Of a DNA stretch of 64,000 nt, positions 19,008-30,428 are shown piece by piece. Made by a program: the position numbers and the translations under genes. The stretch's first letter is position 1; each line of letters opens with the position of its first letter. This DNA comes from an uncultured Hyphomicrobium sp. (lineage in GTDB: Bacteria; Pseudomonadota; Alphaproteobacteria; Rhizobiales; Hyphomicrobiaceae): assembly GCA_964493785.1 (NCBI GenBank), contig CAZBPM010000002.1, positions 162,712 to 226,711 on the forward strand, given 5' to 3'. The notes beneath the pieces were generated by a model, which was not told the DNA's origin, did no database searches, and saw only the letters and a list, made by a program, of their open reading frames with translations.

Positions 19008-20354
19008 TCAGAAGAAGATGATAGCGCCGACAATGCCCATATTGAAGTTCTCGAACTTCTGCTTTCCGTCAACACCGCTGTCGGCGTAGGTGGCTTCGAG
19101 CTGGTGCATGCGCCACTTCGCCCAGAGCTGCATCGAGGCGGCATCGATGTCCTGGACGAGGCCGATACCGATGCGGGTAGCCTCGGTGCCGGTGAGACTG
19201 ACGGTCGTGTCAGCAGCACTGGAGCAAGCGCCACTGATGTTTCCACCGACACCAAAGAAGTCGGCGCACAAGCTGGCGCTTCCCGCCGGATAGGCCGAGT
19301 GCATGTCGCGGTTCTGACCGTACTCGCCGTAGACGTGCGTGTTGCCGAGCGAGACCCACTTCTGCGTCAGGCCGGCCTTGATGTAGTAGTGGTAGTCATC
19401 CTGAGTTCCGGGCAGCGAGGCGCCTTCCTCACCATAGAGGGCGTGGACCCAAAGTCCGGACGGGTTGTGCTTGATGAAGCCGCCGACCTGCGCGTACGTC
19501 GCATCGCCGAAAGCTGGATCCGACGCTGCCGTGTAAGCGCCGCTCAAGGCTAGCTGGAAGTCTTGCCACTGGCCTTTCCAGCGCGCCGACACGTCCCAGA
19601 AGTCGTCTTCGCCCCACGATGCCGACAGCACGAGCCCGCCGAAGGTCGGCGTGTCGTAGCGAATGGCATTGCGCCGATCGCCGGCGCAATCGCCGCCAAT
19701 ACCGAGCTGTGTCGACTGGCAGAAGAACGCAAGATCCCACCACGTCGCGCTCGAAAGGCCTGCCGCACCAGAGTTTCCGCCCTTTGGCCTCAGGCGGAAG
19801 GAAGCGCCGTCGAAGGTTACGGTGTTTGCGGCAATCAGCGTGCCCGAAAGATCGGAGTCGAGCGCCGCATTATCTGAAGCGTGCGACTGCTTACCGACGG
19901 TCACGCGTCCGAGGGTGTCGCTCTGCAGGTACCAGTTGGAGTGAATGAGGTCGATGCCGGTGCCGACATTCGAATTGTTCTGATCGACCAGCAGCGCGTC
20001 GGTCGCATCGAGCGACACCGTGAGCTGGTAGCCTGCCTTCCATCCTGGGCTGATGATCGCCTCGCCGGCGAACGTGAAGCGAGTCGCAAGATCAGGAGCC
20101 TGACCGTTCACGTACACGTTGCTCTCGCTGCCATCATTCCAGTACATCACCTGCTGGCTGAGAAAGCCGGAGATCGAGAACGAGACCTTGCGGTTTCCCT
20201 TGCGCACAGTCGTAGCTTCGAGCTCGGCAATTCTCTCTTCAAGATCGGCGCAGCAGTCGCCCCCGAGATCTGCGGCCGAGGCCTTGTCACCTTGGATCGC
20301 GCCTGCTGCCATCATGACGAGCGCACAGCAAAGCGTTCGTTTTCCCCCACGCAT
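19008..20354 (-). CDS. Outer-membrane porin (alphaproteobacterial porin family)
   Basis: Signal peptide, the N-terminal CCADLEERIAELEATTVRKGNRKV motif, alternating beta-strand pattern, and a C-terminal ...GAIIFF. Confidence 0.85.
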   Translation of the reverse strand: MRGGKRTLCCALVMMAAGAIQGDKASAADLGGDCCADLEERIAELEATTVRKGNRKVSFSISGFLSQQVMYWNDGSESNVYVNGQAPDLATRFTFAGEAIISPGWKAGYQLTVSLDATDALLVDQNNSNVGTGIDLIHSNWYLQSDTLGRVTVGKQSHASDNAALDSDLSGTLIAANTVTFDGASFRLRPKGGNSGAAGLSSATWWDLAFFCQSTQLGIGGDCAGDRRNAIRYDTPTFGGLVLSASWGEDDFWDVSARWKGQWQDFQLALSGAYTAASDPAFGDATYAQVGGFIKHNPSGLWVHALYGEEGASLPGTQDDYHYYIKAGLTQKWVSLGNTHVYGEYGQNRDMHSAYPAGSASLCADFFGVGGNISGACSSAADTTVSLTGTEATRIGIGLVQDIDAASMQLWAKWRMHQLEATYADSGVDGKQKFENFNMGIVGAIIFF

Positions 20355-20845
20355 TACGCTTACTCCTACAAATACTGTCGCGACTTGACGGGTCGCGTAC
20401 GCTTTTGCGTAACCCGACGCACACGGCCGGAACGCTTACGCAGAACAAGGAAGGCAAGGCGTGTGCCAAGTTTGCGCGCACGGACGCAGCGACGAGCACG
20501 ATGAGGATTTCGTGCGTGTTGAGCGCAGCAGGCTTGTTTGCGGAAACGTCCATTCCATCGAGGATAATCGCAGCGAGCGATGATCAACGCCGGCCGGCGT
20601 CAGCTGAACTTCGCGCTCGGGCTGTTGCAGGAGAGTAACGCGAAGGGGTCATCGCTGCAGGCGCAGCTGTCGAGCGAGCGTGACCGCTGTGACAGATCCG
20701 GCGGTGATGTGTAACGCGATGCCGTCGGCGGACACGCAAAGACGCGGGCGTGAGATCGCTCGCCGGCAATCTCCTTGGCAAAGACGCCAACAAACTCGGG
20801 CGATTGCGACGCCGCCCTTCCCGATTCCGCGCCGCGTTCGGTTGT

Positions 20846-20860
20846 TGGCATGGTTTATGC
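20846..20860 (+). promoter_or_regulatory. Sigma-54 (-24/-12) type promoter
   Basis: TGGCATGGTTTATGC compared with consensus TGGCAC-N5-TTGC. The GG and GC dinucleotides are at the exact consensus spacing. It lies 82 nt upstream of the Rieske ATG, and a sigma-54 activator is encoded in the window. Confidence 0.5.
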
Positions 20861-20941
20861 GTTTTCCCCATTTGCGGATGCTCGCGTCGCGTATCTCGAT
20901 GCGGGCACCGCAAACAAAAAGAGGTTGTTGGGGGAGTGAGG

Positions 20942-21562
20942 ATGCCAAAGGAGACAACGCCCGGTAGCAGTGCCGGCGTGCAGGGGGAATGCGCTTGCCA
21001 AGTGGGGCGTCGGGCAATCGTGAAGGGGCTGGCTCTCGCCGGTTGCGCGGTAGCCTCAGACATTCTGGTTGGATCGTCGTCGTTTGCTCAGTCGGGCCGC
21101 AGTCAACGTCCCGAGCCAGGTGATCGCTTGGTCTTCATGGCCGGCGACAACGAGGGCAAAACCGTCACTCCGGCGGATGTGAAACTCGGCGAGGCTCCTA
21201 TCCTCGTCTACCCTATGGACCCCAAGACGCAGACCATCATTCAGTCGCGCGCCAGCCTGCTGCTGCTCGTGCGGTTGAACGAGGACGAAATCGGGCCATC
21301 CACCAAGCCGCACTCTGCCGACGGGATAGTCGCCTACTCGGCGGTCTGTACCCACAACGGCTGCCCGATCACGAGCATCCACGAGAACAAGCACTGGATC
21401 GTCTGCAACTGTCACGGCTCAACGTTTGATGTCGGAAACGACGGAGCAGTGGCGAATGGGCCAGCCACGCGCAGACTAGCCATGCTGCCGGTCGCCATCA
21501 CCGATGGCGCCCTGCTCGTTGCGGGGAAACTGGACGGTCCGATCGGGCCGCCGGACGTGTGA
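20942..21562 (+). CDS. TAT-exported Rieske [2Fe-2S] protein (bc1/arsenite-oxidase-like, with disulfide cysteines)
   Basis: CTHNGCP ... CNCHGSTF Rieske boxes. Twin-arginine leader QVGRRAIVKGLALAGCAVA. Start at ATG 20942, preceded by GGGGAGTGAGG. Confidence 0.85.
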   Translation: MPKETTPGSSAGVQGECACQVGRRAIVKGLALAGCAVASDILVGSSSFAQSGRSQRPEPGDRLVFMAGDNEGKTVTPADVKLGEAPILVYPMDPKTQTIIQSRASLLLLVRLNEDEIGPSTKPHSADGIVAYSAVCTHNGCPITSIHENKHWIVCNCHGSTFDVGNDGAVANGPATRRLAMLPVAITDGALLVAGKLDGPIGPPDV

Positions 21563-21616
21563 GCGGCAGAACAACTGCTACTCGCAAAACCAATCCAAAA
21601 ACTCTGGGAGGACACG

Positions 21617-23341
21617 ATGCAACTACGACTACCCGTCGCCGCGCTCGCGTTGACGGTCGCAACGTCTCTGTTCGCGGCCGATTACAAGCCCGTCACAGAC
21701 GCGCGACTCGCTAATCCTGAGCCTGAGAACTGGCTGCTGGCCAAGGGGAACTACGAAGGCTGGAGCTATACGCCGCTCGACCAGATCAACACGTCGAACG
21801 TCGCTAAGCTCAAGCCTGTATGGTCGGCGGCCACCGGCGTTGCCTCGGGTCACGAGGCGCCCGCCATCATCAACGGCGACTACATGTTCGTCTCGACGCC
21901 GCGCAATCAGGTGCTGGCGTTCGACGCGAAAACAGGCCGCTCCCTGTGGAAGTACCAGCGCGAGATGCCGGAAGGCTTCAGCGCGCTGCACATGACGAAC
22001 CGCGGCGTCGCGCTCTGGGGTGATAAGGTCTATGTTGCCAGCATCGACTGCATGCTGACGGCTCTCGACCCCAAAACAGGTACGAAGATCTGGGAAGCGC
22101 AAGTCTGCGACTGGCAGAAAGAAAGCGCCTACATCACCTCGGCGCCGCTCGCAGTGAAAGGCAAAATCATCGTCGGTCCATCGGGCGGCGAGTTCGGCGT
22201 GCGTGGCTTCATCAAGGCCTTCGATGCTGAAACCGGCAAGCTGGCCTGGACGCGCTACTCGGTTCCCGCACCGGGCGAGCCGGGCTCGGAGACTTGGCCG
22301 CAGGAAGGTCGCTGGAAGGACGCCTGGAAGAACGGTGGCGGCACCATGTGGATGCCCGGAAACTATGACTCGAAAAATGACGTCATCTACTGGGGCGTCG
22401 GCAACGGCGCACCGTGGCTGGGCGATCAGCGTCCGGGAGACAACCTCTATCTTGCATCCGTTGTTTCACTCAACCCGGACAACGGCGATATCGTCGGCCA
22501 CTTCCAGTATCATTGGAACGACTCCTGGGATTGGGCGGGCATGAATGCTCCGACGCTCGTCGAATTCAATCGCGACGGCAAGAAGGTGCCTGGTCTCATC
22601 AGCGCCCAGCGCAACGGCCGCCTCTACTGGCTCGATCGCGACGAGAAGGGCAAGATCAGCTACGACAAGTCCGAAGGCTATGTGAAGAACAACGTCTTCA
22701 AGAGCATCGACCCCAAGACGGGCCGCCCGACCTACAACGAAGATGCGAAGCCCGGCACCGACAAGACTGCCACTTACTGCCCGAGCCTTTGGGGCGGCAA
22801 GGACTGGCCGTACGAAGCCTACAACCCGAAGACCGGCATGCTGTACGTGCCGTTCAACGACAATCACTGCATGACGTTGACCGGTATGATCCAGCCTGTT
22901 CTGCCGGGCCAGTGGTCGGCGGGTGTCGACATCAAGAAGCTCGACCTCAAGGTTGACGACAAGTTCCCCTTCATCGGTGGCATCCAGGCATGGAGCGTCG
23001 ATGGCGGCAAGGAGGAGTGGCGTCAGACCTATCCGCACTCCTGGAACTTCGGCTCGATCCTCACGACGGCCGGCGGACTCGTCTTCATGGGTGGCACGAA
23101 CGATCGCATGTTCCGCGCCTATGACGGTAAGAGCGGCAAGCTGCTGTGGGAGTTCCCGACGCCGTCTGGCATCATCTCTCCGCCGAGCAGCTTCTCGATC
23201 GACGGCAAGCAGTACATCGCCGTTGTTTCTGGCTGGGGTGTGGACGCCCAGTGGATCCAGGGCAAGATGCACGATCAGGCCGGCTGGGAGAAAGCCGTTC
23301 CTGAAGGCGGATCGGTTTGGGTTTTCGCACTCGGTGAATGA
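21617..23341 (+). CDS. PQQ-dependent dehydrogenase, methanol/ethanol family, lacking the vicinal Cys-Cys
   Basis: Signal peptide and eight-bladed propeller strings (GHEAPAIINGDYMFV, WGVGNGAPW, SWDWAG, RNGRLYWLDR). At the position where XoxF in this window has ACCDTVHRG, this protein has SALHMTNRG. Confidence 0.9.
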   Translation: MQLRLPVAALALTVATSLFAADYKPVTDARLANPEPENWLLAKGNYEGWSYTPLDQINTSNVAKLKPVWSAATGVASGHEAPAIINGDYMFVSTPRNQVLAFDAKTGRSLWKYQREMPEGFSALHMTNRGVALWGDKVYVASIDCMLTALDPKTGTKIWEAQVCDWQKESAYITSAPLAVKGKIIVGPSGGEFGVRGFIKAFDAETGKLAWTRYSVPAPGEPGSETWPQEGRWKDAWKNGGGTMWMPGNYDSKNDVIYWGVGNGAPWLGDQRPGDNLYLASVVSLNPDNGDIVGHFQYHWNDSWDWAGMNAPTLVEFNRDGKKVPGLISAQRNGRLYWLDRDEKGKISYDKSEGYVKNNVFKSIDPKTGRPTYNEDAKPGTDKTATYCPSLWGGKDWPYEAYNPKTGMLYVPFNDNHCMTLTGMIQPVLPGQWSAGVDIKKLDLKVDDKFPFIGGIQAWSVDGGKEEWRQTYPHSWNFGSILTTAGGLVFMGGTNDRMFRAYDGKSGKLLWEFPTPSGIISPPSSFSIDGKQYIAVVSGWGVDAQWIQGKMHDQAGWEKAVPEGGSVWVFALGE

Positions 23342-23440
23342 TCTTTGAAAGACCCCGACCCGCGCATCCCACAACGCGGGTCGGGGATTTGAGCAGGCAG
23401 GCAGGCGGGCAAACTTCTCGGGAGCGAAGGGAGAACAGCA

Positions 23441-23893
23441 ATGCTCACCATCAGTGTAAACGGCAAGGACTATAAGTTCGATGGCGATCCCAATACGCCG
23501 CTGCTTTGGTTCGTGCGCGACGAGCTTGGGCTGACAGGTACAAAATATGGTTGCGGCGCGGGACTCTGCGGCGCCTGCACCGTACATCTCGACGGTACGG
23601 CCGTGCGCGGCTGCATGACGTCGGTCAGCGACGTGGCAGGCAAGGCCGTGACGACGATCGAGGGCCTCAGCGCCGACGGAAACCACCCCGTGCAGAAGGC
23701 ATGGCGCGACCTGAACGTACCGCAATGCGGATTCTGCCAAGCCGGACAGATCATGCAGGCGGCCTCGCTACTCTCGAAGAACCGCGCACCCAGCGACGCC
23801 GAGATCGTCGAGGACATGACGGGCAACATCTGCAGATGCGGATGCTATCAGCGCATCCATGCGGCCGTGCGCGTAGCGGCGGGAGGCGTTTGA
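23441..23893 (+). CDS. (2Fe-2S)-binding small subunit of a molybdenum hydroxylase (IorA-like)
   Basis: [12 protein letters not shown] and [10 protein letters not shown] ... CRCGCY double [2Fe-2S] motifs. 150 aa. Confidence 0.9.
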   Translation: MLTISVNGKDYKFDGDPNTPLLWFVRDELGLTGTKYGCGAGLCGACTVHLDGTAVRGCMTSVSDVAGKAVTTIEGLSADGNHPVQKAWRDLNVPQCGFCQAGQIMQAASLLSKNRAPSDAEIVEDMTGNICRCGCYQRIHAAVRVAAGGV

Positions 23894-23895
23894 TC

Positions 23896-26268
23896 ATGCT
23901 GCATTACTTCGACAAGCAGAACCAGGCCACTGCGGAGCCGCAGGTTCACACCATCATCGAGAACGTCAGCCGCCGCTCCTTCTTAGGTGGCGTGCTGAAG
24001 ACTTCCGGCGTCGCGCTCGCGATGCAGATCATTCCCGGAGCCGCCAACGCTTTCGACGCCTATCCGACCGGTGGCGCCGGAATGCCTCATGGGGTCGTCA
24101 GCGATCCGCATGTCTTTGTCGCCATCGATCCCGATGGCAAGGTGACGATCGTCGCGCACCGCTCCGAGATGGGAACCGGCGCACGGACCAGCCTTCCGAT
24201 GGTCGTCGCCGACGAAATGGAAGCCGATTGGCAGCGCGTGCACGTCATCCAGGCGCCTGGTGACGAACCCCGCTACGGCAACCAGGACACCGACGGGTCG
24301 CGCAGCGTCCGCCATTTCATTCAGCCCATGCGCGAGTGCGGCGCTGCAATGCGCTTCATGCTCGAGGCTGCAGCTGCTGTACAATGGGGTATCGATCGCT
24401 CCCTCTGCAAGGCCAGCAACCATGCGGTCGTCCAGCTCACGAAGGGCGCCGATGGCAAACTCGTCGAGACCGACAAGAAGCTCAGATATGGCGAGCTGGC
24501 GACGATCGCCATGTCGATGCCAGCGCCGCGGCGTGATCAGCTGGCATTCAAGCAGCCCGGCGAATTCCGTTACATGGGCAAGGGCACGACGCAGATCGTC
24601 GACCTGCACGACATCACAGTCGGCAAGGCGGTCTACGGTGCCGACGTGCGCCTGCCGGGGATGAAGTACGCGGTTGTCGCCCGTCCGCCCGTCGTCGGCG
24701 GCACGGTCAAGAAGCTCGACGCGACGGAAGCGAAGAATGTCCGCGGCGTCGAGGCCGTGCATCGATTCGGCGGGTGGAAGGCGCCGGCCAAGTTCGCTCC
24801 ACTCGGCGGAGTAGCCGTCATCGCCAATTCAACCTACGCCGCGTTGCAAGGCCGCGACAAGCTCGTGATCGAATGGGAGGATGGCCCCAACGCTGTCTAC
24901 AACACCCCGGCCTATCGCGAGGCGATGATCGCCGCGGCAGCCAAGCCTGGAAAGGTCATTCGCAACCAGGGCGACGCGGACAAAGCGTTTGCCGGCGCGG
25001 CAGAGGTCTTCTCGGCCGTCTATGCGCAGGACCATGTCGCTCAGGCATCGATGGAGCCGCCGGTTGCGCTTGCCCGCATCGTCGACGGAAAGATCGAGGT
25101 ATGGGCGCCGGTTCAGAGCCCCTACGGTACGCGCGAGGACATCGCCAAGACGATGAACGTGCCGATCGAGAACGTGACCGTGCACGTCACGCTGCTCGGT
25201 GGCGGCTTTGGTCGCAAGTCCAAGTGCGATTTCGCGATCGAGGCGGTGCTGCTTTCCAAAGAGCTTGGTGGCGTTCCCGTGCGCGTGCAGTGGACCCGCG
25301 AGGACGACCTCCAGCACGCCTTCTATCACACCGCTTCGGTTGAGCGGATCGAGGCGGCACTGGACAAATCCGGAAAGGTCATCGGCTGGCGCCACCGCAC
25401 CGTGGCTCCCTCCATCATCTCGACCTTCGCCGAGGACACCGGCTACCAGTTCAAGATCGAGTACGGAATGGGCTTGGTCGACATGCCGTTCGACATTGCC
25501 AACATCCGTTGCGAAAACGGCCAGGCGTTCGCGCACACGCGCATCGGCTGGTTCCGCTCGGTGTCGAACATCCCGCGTGCGTTCGCGGTGCAGTCGTTCG
25601 TGGCCGAACTCGCACACAAGCTCGGCCGCGATCCTAAAGACCTGCTGCTCGAGCTGATCGGTCCTGATCGCGTCATCGACATCAAGACAGCGGGGATGCC
25701 GGAGGACTTCTGGAACTACGGCGAGCCGTATCCCGAGTTCCCCATCGACACGGGGCGCTTGAAAAAGGTGCTCAATGTCGCTGCGGACAAAGCGGGCTGG
25801 GGCAAGAAGCTCCCGGCACGCCAAGGGCTCGGCATTGCCGTCCACCGCTCGTTCGTCAGCTACGTGGCAACGGCCGTGCGCGTTGCCATCGACGACGACG
25901 GCACCATCCGCGTTCCGGAAGTAACGACCGCGATCGATTGCGGCTTCTACATCAATCCGGAGCGCATCCGCTCTCAGGTTGAAGGTGCAGCCGTGATGGG
26001 CATGTCGACCGCAATGTACAGCGGCATCACCTTCAAGGATGGCCGCGTCGAGCAGTCCAACTTCGGGGACTTCTCCGTCGCGCGCATGGAGAACTTCCCC
26101 CAGAAGGTCGATGTCCACATCATCGAGCCCACATCTCCGACGCACCACGCGACAGGCGTCGGCGAGCCAGGTGTGCCTCCGTTCGCTCCGGCCCTTTGCA
26201 ATGCCATCTTTGCCGCCACCGGCCAGCGGCTGCGCAGCTTGCCGACCGGGGAGAAGATCAAGGCATAG
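23896..26268 (+). CDS. Molybdopterin-binding large subunit of an aldehyde oxidase/xanthine dehydrogenase-family enzyme (IorB-like), TAT signal
   Basis: Start at ATG 23896, 2 nt after the small-subunit stop. Twin-arginine VSRRSFLGGVLKTSGVALA. The C-terminal GVGEPGVPPFAPALCNAI motif is typical of this family. Confidence 0.9.
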   Translation: MLHYFDKQNQATAEPQVHTIIENVSRRSFLGGVLKTSGVALAMQIIPGAANAFDAYPTGGAGMPHGVVSDPHVFVAIDPDGKVTIVAHRSEMGTGARTSLPMVVADEMEADWQRVHVIQAPGDEPRYGNQDTDGSRSVRHFIQPMRECGAAMRFMLEAAAAVQWGIDRSLCKASNHAVVQLTKGADGKLVETDKKLRYGELATIAMSMPAPRRDQLAFKQPGEFRYMGKGTTQIVDLHDITVGKAVYGADVRLPGMKYAVVARPPVVGGTVKKLDATEAKNVRGVEAVHRFGGWKAPAKFAPLGGVAVIANSTYAALQGRDKLVIEWEDGPNAVYNTPAYREAMIAAAAKPGKVIRNQGDADKAFAGAAEVFSAVYAQDHVAQASMEPPVALARIVDGKIEVWAPVQSPYGTREDIAKTMNVPIENVTVHVTLLGGGFGRKSKCDFAIEAVLLSKELGGVPVRVQWTREDDLQHAFYHTASVERIEAALDKSGKVIGWRHRTVAPSIISTFAEDTGYQFKIEYGMGLVDMPFDIANIRCENGQAFAHTRIGWFRSVSNIPRAFAVQSFVAELAHKLGRDPKDLLLELIGPDRVIDIKTAGMPEDFWNYGEPYPEFPIDTGRLKKVLNVAADKAGWGKKLPARQGLGIAVHRSFVSYVATAVRVAIDDDGTIRVPEVTTAIDCGFYINPERIRSQVEGAAVMGMSTAMYSGITFKDGRVEQSNFGDFSVARMENFPQKVDVHIIEPTSPTHHATGVGEPGVPPFAPALCNAIFAATGQRLRSLPTGEKIKA

Positions 26269-26291
26269 CAGAGCCCTCTCCGCCAAAAATG

Positions 26292-26318
26292 GAATGCCGC
26301 TGCTGAAGCGGCATTCCC
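26292..26318 (+). terminator. Stem-loop after the molybdoenzyme operon
   Basis: Perfect 10-bp arms ggaatgccgc / gcggcattcc with a 7-nt loop, 24 nt after the stop codon. No strong U-tract. Confidence 0.5.
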
Positions 26319-26422
26319 AATAACCGCGAGAATTCGTGGATTCCGCCTTCGCGCTGCACACCGCACGCACGAGGGATGGATGTGCACGGCCATTTGCAGC
26401 TTGCTTTTAAGGACGACCGACG

Positions 26423-29086
<2,664 letters not shown>

Positions 29087-29111
29087 CACGCGCAACCTGG
29101 ACCATGCAGCA

Positions 29112-30410
29112 ATGAGCACGATCGAAGTCAGGGTTCCCGACATCGGCAGCTTCGCCGACATTCCAGTCATTGAGGTGCTCGTGAAGCCGGGCGACAGCGT
29201 GCGCGCGGAGGATCCGCTGGTCACGCTCGAGTCCGACAAGGCGACGATGGAGGTTCCCGCCCCCTCGTCGGGACGCGTCGCTGAGATAAACGTCGGCGTC
29301 GGAGACAAAGTCAGCCAAGGCAGCCTCATCCTCAAGCTGGAGCCGGAGGCCGCGGGCGCCAACACGCCAATCAAGGCAGCTGAGGCGCAAGCACCAACCC
29401 CTCGTTCAGTATCATCCCCGGCTCCTGTGACCTCCGACGCACAGGGCGGGCCGACCGCATCAAATCCTCCTCTCGGCAACGGACATGCGGGGCCATTCCC
29501 GGCACCGGCAGACTTCGGCGGCATTCACGCGAGCCCATCCGTGCGTCGTCTGGCGCGCGAACTCGACGTGGATGCATCAAAGCTCAAGGGTACCGGCGAC
29601 AAAGGGCGCATCACCAAAGAAGACGTAAAGCATGCACTGGCCGGTCAAACCGGGACGGGCGGCAATCAAGGATACGGCATTCCGGCCATCCCAACGCAGG
29701 ACTTCGCGAAATTCGGTCCGATCAGCACCAAGCCGCTATCGCGGCTGAAGCGGCTGTCCGGTCCCCATCTGCACCGCGCTTGGCTCAACATTCCTCACGT
29801 CACCCACACCGACGAAGCGGACATCTCCGAGCTTGAAAGCTATCGCAAGGAGCTCGACGCCGCGGCCAAAGACAAGGGCTACCGCGTCACGTTGCTGTCG
29901 TTCCTGCTGATGGCAGCGGTGACTGCGCTTAAGCAGCATCCAGAGTTCAACGCTTCGCTATCACCTGCGGGCGACGAGCTGATCTTGAAGCACTACTTCA
30001 ATATTGGCGTTGCTGTGGATACGCCCGACGGGCTCGTCGTACCCGTCATCAAGGACGTGGACCGCAAGCGCATCATTGAACTCAGCCAGGAGCTGGCCAG
30101 CGTGTCGCAGAAGATGCGAGAGGGCAAGATCGCGCCGACAGACATACAAGGTGCGACCTTCTCGATATCTTCTCTCGGCGGCATCGGCGGCACCAATTTT
30201 ACGCCCATCGTCAACGCTCCGGAGGTGGCAATCCTGGGGGTCGTGCGCGCCCGCGTGACACCCGTTTGGAATGGCGAAGCCTTCGCGCCGCGCCTCATGC
30301 TGCCGATCTGCCTCTCCTACGACCACCGTGTCATCGACGGCGCACTTGCCGCGCGATTTACCCGGCGCCTGGCCGAAGTTCTCGGCGATGTCCGCCAACT
30401 CGTTCTCTGA
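29112..30410 (+). CDS. aceF: Dihydrolipoyllysine-residue acetyltransferase (E2), single lipoyl domain
   Basis: Lipoyl motif LVTLESDKATMEVPA, an Ala/Pro linker, E3-binding ASPSVRRLARELDVD, and catalytic LSYDHRVIDGA. Confidence 0.9.
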   Translation: MSTIEVRVPDIGSFADIPVIEVLVKPGDSVRAEDPLVTLESDKATMEVPAPSSGRVAEINVGVGDKVSQGSLILKLEPEAAGANTPIKAAEAQAPTPRSVSSPAPVTSDAQGGPTASNPPLGNGHAGPFPAPADFGGIHASPSVRRLARELDVDASKLKGTGDKGRITKEDVKHALAGQTGTGGNQGYGIPAIPTQDFAKFGPISTKPLSRLKRLSGPHLHRAWLNIPHVTHTDEADISELESYRKELDAAAKDKGYRVTLLSFLLMAAVTALKQHPEFNASLSPAGDELILKHYFNIGVAVDTPDGLVVPVIKDVDRKRIIELSQELASVSQKMREGKIAPTDIQGATFSISSLGGIGGTNFTPIVNAPEVAILGVVRARVTPVWNGEAFAPRLMLPICLSYDHRVIDGALAARFTRRLAEVLGDVRQLVL

Positions 30411-30428
30411 TCAGAAGCCATCTCTGCA

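Noticed and set aside
20750-20941. Upstream extensions of track ORFs: Rieske (20750), IorB-like (23506..23895), LutC (17995..18216), XoxF (60726..60758), pyruvyl transferase (49431..49535)
   Set aside because: The extensions overlap upstream genes or promoter elements, have junk-like sequence, and internal starts with good SDs give family-typical N-termini such as TAT or signal peptides.
24829-26370. 513-aa minus-strand ORF over the molybdoenzyme large subunit. Similar shadows occur at 22466..23740, 27395..28753, 23983..24762 and 29961..30398.
   Set aside because: All are antisense to genes with strong family motifs (IorB-like, PQQ-DH, AceE, AceF). Their translations are low-complexity R/A/G/D-rich.
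26383-26398. Sigma-54-like TGCACGGCCATTTGCA, 25 nt upstream of aceE
   Set aside because: The invariant -24 GG is GC here. It also lies too close to the start codon to leave room for a normal leader and SD.
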